Positions 52,801 through 61,190 of a DNA stretch of 64,000 bases are shown piece by piece. The notes below the pieces were generated by a model. That model was given only the letters and a program-made list of their open reading frames with translations, did no database searches and was not told the origin of the DNA. The stretch's first letter is position 1; every line of letters starts with the position of its first letter. The stretch is from an uncultured Anaerolineales bacterium (lineage in GTDB: Bacteria > Chloroflexota > Anaerolineae > Anaerolineales > UBA11858). The DNA is taken from contig CAZVPR010000002.1 of assembly GCA_964629085.1 (NCBI GenBank), positions 20,428-84,427 of the forward strand, given 5' to 3'. Made by a program: the position numbers and the translations under genes.

Positions 52801-53844
52801 CGCATATTGGCAAAGATCCCAAACGATCAAGAAGTAAGCATCGAAACCCATATCATGGATAATGCCTAATTCATAATCCAGGCGCTCCTGGTAAACCTGA
52901 TCACCAGCCCGGTTACCATAACGCTTGTGCAAACCCTGTTCGCATAATTCTCGCAGATAGGTTTCGGCCGTCAGTCCTTCCGGAACCGGGAAATCAGGCA
53001 GGTGATAGCCCTTGAAACCCAGGTCAATCTCACAGCGTTCGGCAATCAGCAAGGTGTTGCTGATCGCTTCCGGCACCTCGGCAAAAATGTTGGCCATTTC
53101 CGCTGCGGAGCGTAAATAGTAAGTACTGTCCGACATGCGCATGCGCTTGGGATCGGAAAGCAGCGTCCCGGTCTGCACGGCCAGCAAAATGTCCTGCAAT
53201 TTCGCATCAGAAGAATTGACGTAATGGACATCATTGGTGGCGACATAATTGGCCTGGTAGTGCGGGCCCATCTCCAACAATGCTTTGTTGATTTGTTCTA
53301 ATTCTGGAATTTCGTGCTGCTGCAGCTCGATGAAGAAATTTTTACGCCCAAAGACCTCATAGTACCAATCTAACTTTGCGCGTGCTCCAGCCAGATCACC
53401 TTTTTCTATCGCCCGAGGGATTTCAGCGGCCATACAGCCAGAAGTGCAGATTAAGCCCTCGGAGTGCGCCGCCAGGAAATCGTGATCGATGCGCGGAAAA
53501 TAATAGAAGCCCTCTAGCTGAGCCGCCGAGGCAATCTTGAGCAAGTTCTGATATCCAGTCTGGTTTTCCGCTAACAACAGCAAGTGTGAAGATTTCTTGT
53601 CAAATTGCGAGTCACGGTCCTGCATCCCCCGGGCTGCCATGTAGGCCTCGACGCCGATGATGGGCTTAATGCCATGTTTGGTGGCGGCGTTGTAAAAATC
53701 AATCACCCCAAACATGGTGCCGTGGTCGGTGATGGCGATCGCGGGCATCTCCAACTCTTTGGCACGTTTGACCAAGGCATCGATATTGCTGAAACCATCC
53801 AAGAGGGAGTATTCGGTGTGACAGTGCAGGTGGACGAAGGACAT
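49810..53844 (-). CDS. dnaE: DNA polymerase III alpha subunit (DnaE) with a ~270-aa C-terminal extension
   Basis: 1344 aa. PHP domain start MSFVHLHCHTEYSLLDG, palm/fingers blocks (GTHAAGVVV, FLGLSTLT), and OB fold (VAGVVSRIRPHTTKKGQPMAFVTLED). An acidic/Pro-rich tail and a final ~85-aa ordered segment follow. Confidence 0.95.
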   Translation of the reverse strand: MSFVHLHCHTEYSLLDGFSNIDALVKRAKELEMPAIAITDHGTMFGVIDFYNAATKHGIKPIIGVEAYMAARGMQDRDSQFDKKSSHLLLLAENQTGYQNLLKIASAAQLEGFYYFPRIDHDFLAAHSEGLICTSGCMAAEIPRAIEKGDLAGARAKLDWYYEVFGRKNFFIELQQHEIPELEQINKALLEMGPHYQANYVATNDVHYVNSSDAKLQDILLAVQTGTLLSDPKRMRMSDSTYYLRSAAEMANIFAEVPEAISNTLLIAERCEIDLGFKGYHLPDFPVPEGLTAETYLRELCEQGLHKRYGNRAGDQVYQERLDYELGIIHDMGFDAYFLIVWDLCQYAQKKNILYNARGSAAGSIVAYTLEITLVDPIEHGLIFERFLNPSRVSMPDIDLDFRDDRRAELMEYCAQRYGSDKVAQIITFGTMKARAAIRDVGRVKDIPLSEVDRVAKLIPAIPGKPVSIAQALEEVPEFKQAYKSADYIRDLVDTAKGMEGVTRNAGTHAAGVVVTDKPIVEYLPLHRPTGSAQDSPIETVTQFEMSVIDEQGLLKVDFLGLSTLTVMAKACDLIRERHGIDFNLDNIPLDDPETFELLGRGETAGVFQVEGAGMRRNLVEMKPQNLDHVIAMVALFRPGPMDFIPSYIRRMHGEEEIEYLHPKLEPILEETYGITVYQEQIMYSAMELAGYTASEADFLRKTVAKKKEKELLKQRDRFVIGAMENGVTKDVADQIFDNWEAFARYGFPKGHAADYGVISVQTAHLKAHYPVEYMTALLSVFLSDTDKVAVYVADCRRMGIEVLPPDINASGWDFTIEDGKPKTEDRAARPPSPVSGQRIRFGLGAVKNVGQGPVEILLEARQEGPFSDLNEFVRRADLRKVGKRSLECLIKVGALDFFGTRPALLDALDRIVSLSSSHFAAADSGQMSMFGSQTGLVDTIELPEFVGEIPRREQLDWERELIGLYVSDHPLSPVMDAITQNISHFSTELLEAGDGHIVRVAGVVSRIRPHTTKKGQPMAFVTLEDMQGNIDLVVFPRTWSKYQEVIDFDKIVLVDGKVDASRGEPKILVDKVTTEMNHITPLKPTSPPAASFEEPFFEEMAQPVASKPKPTSVSQPQPKVADEKPVYEADTDVDAESDDWQDDGFPPPPEAFPDGWNDVNGIEEPEPIAAKEAEPEEQHQELHPELEPEGEQPEPELEGEKSLLEEALSLAEDFHAAHQIQESEVKPVPVDPVVDNDGIEPESIPPTAPVLPSRETSGDVQMATIILRPKLGRVRDNLLLRRVFGSLISSPGQDRFAFHIFEYGRGFLLDFPNYTTYLNPELVAELQSLVGPENVRIEPITFQ

Positions 53845-54057
53845 AGGCCAATTGGTTTGTTGGTGGGTTTGTTTGTTGGGCTGTTGATTGGCAATGCACC
53901 AACCAGCAAACTATCCAACCAATCGCGATTATAGCACAAGGGTTCGAAGAATCCGGATTGTGGACTTAAAGAATCCAATTTTTTAAGCTTCAAAACTTGG
54001 CATAGAACATAAGTTCGAATATAATGGAAAAGATTTTTTCACAAAAGGAGAAAGCGC

Positions 54058-54768
54058 ATGTCTTCCACCCTCTTTTCCGGCTTTTCCAAAGAGACAATTC
54101 AATTCTTTAGCGATCTATCAGATAACAACAATAAACCCTGGTTTACGGAACATAAACCCGATTTCGAAAATTATGTCATGGGGCCGGCGCGAGACTTTGT
54201 GGTCGCGATGGGAGAGAAACTGAAAGAGGTAGCCCCCAGGGTGAACGCCGACCCGCGCGTCAACAAATCCATCTTCCGCATTTACCGTGACACGCGTTTC
54301 AGCAAAGACAAAACCCCCTACAAGACCAATCTTGGATTGTGGTTTTGGGTCGGACAAGGAGCCAAATTTGAAAACCCTGGATACTACTTTCACCTGGACG
54401 CTCATGACTTGATGCTGGGCTGCGGGTTGTACTCTTTCGCGAAACCGATTCTGAAGGCATACCGTGATGCTGCAGTTCATCCCGAACTGGGACCCGCACT
54501 GGCAAAGTCCGTTGTTGAAGTCGCTGGAAAAGGCTACAACTTCGGCCAAAAGACCTACAAGCGTGTGCCGCGCGGCTACGATCCCGACCACGAAAATGCC
54601 GAACTGCTGCTCTACAGCGGTTTGACCGCCGGCACGGAAATGGATCACCCCGAAGAATTGTATTCGCCGGCGTTGATCGACTACTGCCTGGAACGTTATC
54701 GAGAAATGGCCCCCATCGTGAATTGGTTGCAAACCATGATTGAGAAAGCTGAATTAGGCACAACATGA
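54058..54768 (+). CDS. DUF2461 (TIGR02453) family protein
   Basis: 236 aa. FFSDLSDNNNKPWFTEHKPDFENYV and RIYRDTRFSKDKTPYKT blocks. Confidence 0.8.
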   Translation: MSSTLFSGFSKETIQFFSDLSDNNNKPWFTEHKPDFENYVMGPARDFVVAMGEKLKEVAPRVNADPRVNKSIFRIYRDTRFSKDKTPYKTNLGLWFWVGQGAKFENPGYYFHLDAHDLMLGCGLYSFAKPILKAYRDAAVHPELGPALAKSVVEVAGKGYNFGQKTYKRVPRGYDPDHENAELLLYSGLTAGTEMDHPEELYSPALIDYCLERYREMAPIVNWLQTMIEKAELGTT

Positions 54769-55259
54769 ACTTCCATGAAAAGAAATCTCTCCCCAAATAC
54801 AAATATGGCGCGGCGCGCACGATGGTTTACTTGCGCGGCCTATACTTGCAGGAATGCCATGAAACCTGGAAACAGGCCAAAACTGCAAAAATCGAATTGC
54901 CGGAAACGGATGATCCAGCCTATATTTCTCTGGAAGCCTTGCTATCCCACGTGCTAAGGGCGGATCGCGCCTACATAACCTGGATTTGCAAGCAATTGGA
55001 ATTATCCGACCCTCAAATCAATCCGGCTCCCGAAATTGAAGTGATCGCCGAGGAAGCCGAAGATTACATTGCCCATCTGATTGAACGCTGGGGGATGCCT
55101 CTTGCAGATGTCGAAGAAGGACGCTTCCACAGAGAAGAATATGTCTCCAATTGGGGTGTGCGCTATTGTATCGACGCCATGTTAGAACATGCCGTTATGC
55201 ACCCTATTTTGCATGGAGAACAGTTAGAGGAATTATTGTTCGAGCAATCTGGCGTGTAA
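54765..55259 (+). CDS. Hypothetical protein, possibly DinB-like four-helix bundle
   Basis: 164 aa. The start overlaps the upstream stop (ATGA). His-containing helices (LLSHVL, HAVMHPILHGEQL) give only a weak resemblance to DinB. Confidence 0.35.
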   Translation: MNFHEKKSLPKYKYGAARTMVYLRGLYLQECHETWKQAKTAKIELPETDDPAYISLEALLSHVLRADRAYITWICKQLELSDPQINPAPEIEVIAEEAEDYIAHLIERWGMPLADVEEGRFHREEYVSNWGVRYCIDAMLEHAVMHPILHGEQLEELLFEQSGV

Positions 55260-55381
55260 CCCCCTGCAATTTCTCTCAGAATCACCGAGAGCCGGGTTCG
55301 CCATACCCGGCTCTCTCTAAGGAGGAGAAGAAGAGAAATCGCCCTTCGATCATAAATATATCAACAATCGTAAAATAGTGC

Positions 55382-55411
55382 TTGACGCAAACCCTACGAT
55401 TACCCTACGAT
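55382..55411 (+). promoter_or_regulatory. Candidate promoter with a tandem 11-bp repeat upstream of the ABC operon
   Basis: TTGACG (55382-55387), then CCCTACGAT twice (55392-55400, 55403-55411). The second copy supplies TACGAT 18 nt after the -35. Confidence 0.4.
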
Positions 55412-55444
55412 AACCCATCACTTTTGAAAGTTCAGGCAAAACCT

Positions 55445-56449
55445 ATGGAATTAGCAATTCGCACGGAAAAAATGGGCAGAATCTACAAGATTCGCGGCGG
55501 GAAAAAATCCGATCCCAAGGAACTCACTGCCCTGAAAGATGTCAACTTGGAAATCCCCAAAGGGGAATTATTCGGGCTGCTAGGTCCGAATGGCGCTGGC
55601 AAAACCACGCTAATAAAAATTCTCACCACTTTGCTGGCTCCCACCTCAGGTCAGGCCTGGGTGTCAGGCTTCGATGTTAACGCTGCGCCCCAGGAAGTAC
55701 GTGCCCGCATCAACATGGTCTCAGGCGGTGAATCCTCCGGGTACGGCCTGCTGACGGTGCGCGAAAACCTGTGGATGTTCAGCCAGTTCTATGGCATTCC
55801 CTCCAAAGAGGCCAACCGGCGCATCAAACAATTGCTGGAGGTCGTCGGGCTTGAGGATCGCTTGAACACCAAGTCTTCCGACCTTTCCACCGGCCTGCGC
55901 CAGAAGATGAACATCGTGCGCGGCTTTATGACCGATCCTGATGTGCTCTTTCTTGACGAGCCTACCCTGGGCCTGGATGTAGGCGCATCACGCGATGTAC
56001 GCGGCTTTATCCGCCAGTGGATTGACGATGAACCCAAACGTACGCTGCTGCTGACGACGCACTACATGGTCGAAGCGGATGAGCTATGCGACCGGGTGGC
56101 GATCATCAACAAGGGACGCGTGCTGGCCTGTGATACACCCGCAAATTTGAAACAACGACTTCAGCAGGATGTGATCTTTAAGATGGAGCTCAGCCCCTTG
56201 AACGGATTAAGTGCGGACTCCTTTGAGGGGTTGCCCGGAGTCAGGAAAGCGATTCATGCTCCCAAAGATGGCGCCGCCGAATTGGACCTGATCCTGGAGA
56301 AAGACGACGCCCTGGGAGGCGTGATCAATATGATGACCTCCAACGACATCCACATTCTCAACCTGCAAAAGCGCGAGCCTACTCTCGAAGATGTCTTTGT
56401 CGACCTGGTCGGGCACAGCATGGAGGAGGCGGCAGCCAGTGGACAATGA
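55445..56449 (+). CDS. ABC transporter ATP-binding protein (ABC-2/DrrA-like)
   Basis: ATG 55445 is preferred; the track's TTG 55382 coincides with the putative -35. Walker A GPNGAGKTT, signature LSTGLRQKM, Walker B LFLDEPTLGLD. Confidence 0.9.
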   Translation: MELAIRTEKMGRIYKIRGGKKSDPKELTALKDVNLEIPKGELFGLLGPNGAGKTTLIKILTTLLAPTSGQAWVSGFDVNAAPQEVRARINMVSGGESSGYGLLTVRENLWMFSQFYGIPSKEANRRIKQLLEVVGLEDRLNTKSSDLSTGLRQKMNIVRGFMTDPDVLFLDEPTLGLDVGASRDVRGFIRQWIDDEPKRTLLLTTHYMVEADELCDRVAIINKGRVLACDTPANLKQRLQQDVIFKMELSPLNGLSADSFEGLPGVRKAIHAPKDGAAELDLILEKDDALGGVINMMTSNDIHILNLQKREPTLEDVFVDLVGHSMEEAAASGQ

Positions 56450-57305
56450 ACAGTTTTCAGGTAATCGTAATCAGATTCCAGTAAAGAGGAACACCGGCTT
56501 TCGGTTGTTTGTGCAAACGGTGCTGGCGCGGGCTTACCCGCGCATCATCGGGCAGCAGCGCGAGAAGTCCTGGTTATTCTTCGATATTTTCCTGCCCATG
56601 CTGGCTGTTTCGGCTTATGTGTTTGTCTATCGCGCCATCGGCGCGCCGGAGGAATATGTCGGCTTTGTGGTCATGGGCGGCGCGATGACCGCTTTCTGGA
56701 TGAATGTGCTCTGGAGCATGTCCAGCCAGTTGTACTGGGAAAAAGAAATGGGCAATCTGGCGTTGTATGTGATGGCGCCCAACTCGATGATGGCTATCCT
56801 TTTAGGAATGGCGCTGGGCGGCCTGGTAGCGACGACGCTGCGTGCATTAGCGATCACGGTTTTGGGCAGTTGGATTTTCAAGATTCCGTACGCGGTCACC
56901 AGCTATAGCCAGCTATTCCTGGTGTTTATGCTGGCTATGATCGCCTTATATGGCATGGGGATGTTATTCGCTTCCCTGTTCCTGCTGCTAAGCCGGGAAG
57001 CCTGGCATCTTTCTAACCTGGCGCAAGAGCCAGTCTACCTGTTTTCGGGCTTTTACTTCCCTATAAAAAGTTTCAACTTTTGGGTGGCGGCCAGCGCTTC
57101 GATTATCCCGCTGACCTTGGGCCTGGATGCTATGCGCCAACTGGTATTTCCCTCGGGGCCAGCGCTGGGCTTCCTCAGCGTACCTTTGGAAATCGGTATC
57201 TTATCCGTGTTGTGCGTGATCTTTCTGACCGCGGCAAAATTTTTGCTCAGCTATATGGAGAGATTGGCAATTCGCGAAGGTCGGCTGACGGATAGCAGGA
57301 GGTAG
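56391..57305 (+). CDS. ABC-2 type transporter permease (first of two)
   Basis: Six hydrophobic helices. The true start may be the in-frame GTG 56439, which overlaps the ATPase stop. Confidence 0.7.
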   Translation: MSLSTWSGTAWRRRQPVDNEQFSGNRNQIPVKRNTGFRLFVQTVLARAYPRIIGQQREKSWLFFDIFLPMLAVSAYVFVYRAIGAPEEYVGFVVMGGAMTAFWMNVLWSMSSQLYWEKEMGNLALYVMAPNSMMAILLGMALGGLVATTLRALAITVLGSWIFKIPYAVTSYSQLFLVFMLAMIALYGMGMLFASLFLLLSREAWHLSNLAQEPVYLFSGFYFPIKSFNFWVAASASIIPLTLGLDAMRQLVFPSGPALGFLSVPLEIGILSVLCVIFLTAAKFLLSYMERLAIREGRLTDSRR

Positions 57306-57357
57306 TCAAGTAAACATGTATGCATTGCTTACCTGTTTACTCTAAACTTAATAGATT

Positions 57358-58257
57358 ATGGACAGCACAAAACGAACCTCACTAAATATCCGAACTATAT
57401 TACCCGATCGCCAAACTTTCACGCGCTCATTCCGCATGGCGACATGGCTGGGTTGGCAGATCGAATCCAATTGGACAGATCCTTTCCTGTTTGCGGTTTA
57501 CTCCATCGTCAAACCCCTGGCTGGGGCCGCGATCCTGGTGGTGATGTACAGCATCATCACCGGTGGGGATTTCGACACGCTGATCTTTCCGTACATTTAC
57601 CTGGGCAACGCTTTTTACATTTATGTGGGTCAGGTGATGACCGGCATTTCCTGGGCCGTTATCGATGACCGCGAACACTACAAAACGCTCAAATACATGT
57701 ATGTAGCCCCCATCCACGTTCCAACGTATTTGCTCGGACGCGGCGTGGCGCGTTTCATCGTTGCTTCGATATCTGTGCTGATCACCATCCTGGTTGGCGT
57801 GACATTCTTGCACGTTCAAATCGATTTAGCCGCGGTGAACTGGGGGTTATTCTTCGTTTCACTTTTTGTTGGGGTCATCATGCTGGCCATGATGGGACTG
57901 ATCCTGGCAGGTATCGCGATGACCATTGCCAATCATGTCTGGTTCCTGGGCGATGTGGCCGCAGGGGCGTTATATCTTTTCAGCGGGGCCATTTTCCCAC
58001 TGGATGTTCTGCCAGCCGCAATACGCCCCATCGGATTTATTATGCCCATCACGTATTGGTTGGAATTGTTGCGGCGATCGCTGGTTGGTTCAGTCGCGGA
58101 GGCCTTTCCTACGCTTTCAAGATTTAGTAATGCCCAATTGATGGGCATTCTATTGGGGTTGACAGCAATTTTTGCTGTTCTTTCTGCTGTGATCTTCTTA
58201 TGGTGTGAGCACCGGGCACGCGAGCGCGGCATGATCGATATGGTCACGAATTATTGA
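57358..58257 (+). CDS. ABC-2 type transporter permease (second of two)
   Basis: 299 aa, six hydrophobic helices, with layout similar to the preceding permease. Confidence 0.7.
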   Translation: MDSTKRTSLNIRTILPDRQTFTRSFRMATWLGWQIESNWTDPFLFAVYSIVKPLAGAAILVVMYSIITGGDFDTLIFPYIYLGNAFYIYVGQVMTGISWAVIDDREHYKTLKYMYVAPIHVPTYLLGRGVARFIVASISVLITILVGVTFLHVQIDLAAVNWGLFFVSLFVGVIMLAMMGLILAGIAMTIANHVWFLGDVAAGALYLFSGAIFPLDVLPAAIRPIGFIMPITYWLELLRRSLVGSVAEAFPTLSRFSNAQLMGILLGLTAIFAVLSAVIFLWCEHRARERGMIDMVTNY

Positions 58258-58295
58258 AAATCCAAAAAATATTGCGCAATGGAAAAGTGTGAGGT

Positions 58296-58811
58296 ATGAA
58301 AAAGACATTGTATTTCGGTAGTGTAGCCACACAGACTCTCGGTTCCATCTTTTTCGCGGTAAGCATAAATGGTTTGATTTCGTTGTCGCTTGATGACGAG
58401 CAGGAGAATTTCTCTCAACGAATAGCAGATCGTTTCGGGGCAGAAGTTGTCTGGGATCAGGAGCGCACAAAAGCAGTAACACGCCAAATTACAGAATATC
58501 TGGATGGCGCCCGAAAAGCTTTTGACTTGCCCATCGACTGGTCAATCATGAGCCCATTTCAAGAAAAAGTTTTACGCGCAACAGCAAATATTCCTAGCGG
58601 AAAAGTTCGGACCTATGGCGAGATCGCGGCGATCATCGGCAAACCGCGCGCAGCTCAAGCTGTTGGGCGCGCCGAAGCAACCAACCCAATTCCAATTGTG
58701 ATCCCATGCCATCGGGTCGTGGCCGCGAATGGCGGTCTGCATGGTTACAGCGCCCGCGGCGGATTGGCAACCAAAGCCTGGTTGCTAAAACTGGAAGGCT
58801 ATCTGGTGTGA
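58296..58811 (+). CDS. ogt: Methylated-DNA-protein-cysteine methyltransferase
   Basis: 171 aa. Active-site IPCHRVV and TYGEIAAIIGKPRAAQAVGRA helix-turn-helix block. Confidence 0.9.
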   Translation: MKKTLYFGSVATQTLGSIFFAVSINGLISLSLDDEQENFSQRIADRFGAEVVWDQERTKAVTRQITEYLDGARKAFDLPIDWSIMSPFQEKVLRATANIPSGKVRTYGEIAAIIGKPRAAQAVGRAEATNPIPIVIPCHRVVAANGGLHGYSARGGLATKAWLLKLEGYLV

Positions 58812-58874
58812 AATTTTGGCGCGCAAAATTGACAGGGCAGCCAATTCACCCTGCTATTATCGGTGATGAACAAT

Positions 58875-59240
58875 CTATTCTTCTAGAATTTCCTCAGTTG
58901 GTTCAGGTTCACCTGATTTGCGGTCAAGCATCTGCATCTGCGAGGCGACAACTTTGGTGAAGTAGCGTGTCTCACCTTCACTTTCAAAACGATCGGTTTG
59001 CAAACGCCCCTCCAGAAAAACCAGGCTGCCTTTCTTGAGATACTGTTGGCAGATTTCTGCTAAACGCCCCCATGCTTCGACGTTGAACCAATCAGTAGCT
59101 TCTTTGTTTTCACCGCTACTCTTCCAGCGACGGTTCACAGCTACACTGAATGCGGAAACTTGCTTTCCTGATGATGTGTAGCGCATTTCGGGGTCTTTCC
59201 CCAAATTACCAATGAGTTGTACACGATTGAGACCAGGCAT
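58875..59240 (-). CDS. ssb: Single-stranded DNA-binding protein
   Basis: 121 aa. OB-fold start LNRVQLIGNLGKDPEMRYT. Short acidic tail ending EEILEE. Confidence 0.85.
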   Translation of the reverse strand: MPGLNRVQLIGNLGKDPEMRYTSSGKQVSAFSVAVNRRWKSSGENKEATDWFNVEAWGRLAEICQQYLKKGSLVFLEGRLQTDRFESEGETRYFTKVVASQMQMLDRKSGEPEPTEEILEE

Positions 59241-59392
59241 ATACCCTTCCTTATGATTTGCAATCTAATTTATCTATTATTGTAACGAAAGTTTTGAATT
59301 TGTCAATTACTTTGTTGCCTGTAAATTCAAAGGCTGGTATCCTTGGGAAACGTCAGGCGTCGAAATATTATTACATTGGGAAATGAGGACGT

Positions 59393-60040
59393 ATGTACAT
59401 AGCAATCGAAGGTGTAATTGGCGTTGGAAAAACCACACTAGCGCGTTTGTTAAAACCTGCTTTTGAGGCATCGTTATTACTGGAAGTCTTCGAAGAGAAT
59501 CCATTTCTTTCAAATTTCTATATTGATCGCGATCGTTATGCTTTTCAAACGCAGGTTTTCTTTTTGCTCAGTCGATTCCATCAGCAAAACGCTGTCTCGG
59601 GAATGTTAGAGACGAAAAAGAATCTAATCGCCGACTACACTTTCAAGAAAGATGCCTTGTTCGCCAGTATTAACCTCAAGGGGGATGAACTCGACACCTA
59701 TTATCAAGTTCATGAGGCTTTGGCAGAAAAAATCCCTTTGCCAGATTTGATCGTCTATCTTCAAGGTAGCACAGATGTTCTGATGCAGCGGATCGCTCAT
59801 CGCGACCGGCCTTATGAGCGGGGTATGGATGTAGCCTACATTGACGAATTAAATCAGGCCTATGAGAAATACTTTGGTGATGGGTATAATGGACCTAAGA
59901 TACTTATCATCAATACGGATGACCTGAATTACGTAGCAAACCTTGAAGATTTGAAACAGGTTGAAAATCGCATTCGCCAGGCTTTGGAGATAGCTCCATT
60001 TCAAACCACGTTACCCCTAGACCTCAAAAATTATCGCTAG
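59393..60040 (+). CDS. Deoxynucleoside kinase
   Basis: 215 aa. P-loop IEGVIGVGKTT, ENPFLSNFY...YAFQTQVFFLLSR and DRPYER blocks of the dNK/dCK/dGK family. Confidence 0.85.
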   Translation: MYIAIEGVIGVGKTTLARLLKPAFEASLLLEVFEENPFLSNFYIDRDRYAFQTQVFFLLSRFHQQNAVSGMLETKKNLIADYTFKKDALFASINLKGDELDTYYQVHEALAEKIPLPDLIVYLQGSTDVLMQRIAHRDRPYERGMDVAYIDELNQAYEKYFGDGYNGPKILIINTDDLNYVANLEDLKQVENRIRQALEIAPFQTTLPLDLKNYR

Positions 60041-60082
60041 ATGATTCTATTTCGTCCTGCTTCGAAATTAGGATGAGAGACC

Positions 60083-61087
60083 ATGCAAATTAATACAGAA
60101 ACTCTCAAGCAATTTGCGAATACAACTGTTGAAAAATATACGCGCGCAAATTTCGACATTATGGCTGCGTATTTGAGGGGTTCGATGGTAATGGGGGATG
60201 ATCCATTTTTGGGAGGAACCACGGATGTTGATCTGGTATTTATCCATTCGGATGCACCTACCACCTCGCGAGAGATTCTGCGCTTGACCGATGAGGTACA
60301 TCTGGATATTGAACACCACGCGCAAAAGGAATATCTGAAAGGCAGAGATTTGAGAGTTGATCCCTGGATGGGTCCGAGTCTGTATAACGCACAAGTTCTT
60401 TTTGACCCTCAGCATTTCCTCGATTTCACCATCGCCACGGTGCGGGGCATGTTCTATCGATCCGATCATATTATCCTGCGCTCCCGGCCACTCCTGGAAG
60501 CAGCGCGTCAACGCTGGTTAGAGATGCAAGAGGCATCCGAGACTACAGATGAAAATCAATTGGATGAATATCTGTTTTGCATCGAAAACACGGCCAATGC
60601 CCTGGCTCTCCTGGTCGGAGAACCGTTGCCGGAACGGCGCATGTTATCCTGGTTTGCTCAACGTGTCGAAATACTCAATCGCGGGGGAATGTATGCTGGG
60701 ATGCTGGGGTTGTTGGGTGCCCCAAAAGTTAAAGTTGATACGCTGAAAGAGTGGATATCGATTTGGGAAAAAACTTTCGATTCAATTTCTGATGACGATC
60801 GGCCTGTTCGAATTCACCCCTATCGAAAGCAATATTATTTGCACGCCTTCAAAGCGATCCTTTTCGGCGATCAGCCCAAAGATGTGCTCTGGCCACTGAT
60901 CCGTTCTTGGGCATCCTTGGCAAAAGAAGTGCAAGACCAGGAGGCACTTACTACCCAATGGATTGATGTTGTCCAACAGTTGGGTCTATCTAATGAAGAA
61001 TTTGGAGAAAGGCTTGCAGGATTGGACGCCTATCTGGATCAGGCAGAAGAGGTCACCGAAATCTGGGCCATGGAAAATGGCGCATAA
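60083..61087 (+). CDS. Hypothetical protein with an N-terminal minimal nucleotidyltransferase-fold motif
   Basis: 334 aa. LRGSMVMGD...TDVDLVFIH fits hG[GS]-x(9-13)-DhDh of Pol-beta-superfamily NTases. The long helical C-terminal part has no motif I recognise. Confidence 0.4.
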   Translation: MQINTETLKQFANTTVEKYTRANFDIMAAYLRGSMVMGDDPFLGGTTDVDLVFIHSDAPTTSREILRLTDEVHLDIEHHAQKEYLKGRDLRVDPWMGPSLYNAQVLFDPQHFLDFTIATVRGMFYRSDHIILRSRPLLEAARQRWLEMQEASETTDENQLDEYLFCIENTANALALLVGEPLPERRMLSWFAQRVEILNRGGMYAGMLGLLGAPKVKVDTLKEWISIWEKTFDSISDDDRPVRIHPYRKQYYLHAFKAILFGDQPKDVLWPLIRSWASLAKEVQDQEALTTQWIDVVQQLGLSNEEFGERLAGLDAYLDQAEEVTEIWAMENGA

Positions 61088-61163
61088 AATAAAGAGGCAA
61101 AACCCTGAAAATTCCTTTCCCCGCAGCAACTACGGGGTACGCCTTTGACGTTCAAGTAGAATA

Positions 61164-61190
61164 AACTGGCCTTAGCTCGGCCAGTTTTTC
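61164..61190. terminator. Bidirectional terminator hairpin between convergent genes
   Basis: AACTGGCC (61164-61171) / GGCCAGTT (61179-61186), loop TTAGCTC, T-run 61185-61189 on +. It abuts the kinase stop codon. Confidence 0.6.

Noticed and set aside
52108-52869. 253-aa ORF antisense to dnaE, plus other long antisense ORFs in dnaE and the P-type ATPase gene such as 20783..21391
   Set aside because: They lie inside strongly supported essential or large genes. Their composition is low-complexity Gly/Arg/Asp-rich and no motifs are present.
53845-53935. G/T-rich tract (TTGGTTTGTTGGTGGGTTTGTTTGTTGGGCTGTTGATTGG) followed by a complementary C/A-rich tract in the dnaE 5' region
   Set aside because: It could fold into a long imperfect 5'-UTR hairpin. 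It is low-complexity, however, and I cannot separate structure from compositional bias by eye.
54118-54732. 204-aa ORF antisense to the DUF2461 gene
   Set aside because: It is a shadow ORF. The sense strand carries clear DUF2461 blocks.
58875-58920. SSB tail ends EEILEE rather than the canonical acidic D-D-D-[IL]-P-F tip
   Set aside because: This may simply reflect lineage variation. With one sequence and no alignment I cannot call it unusual.
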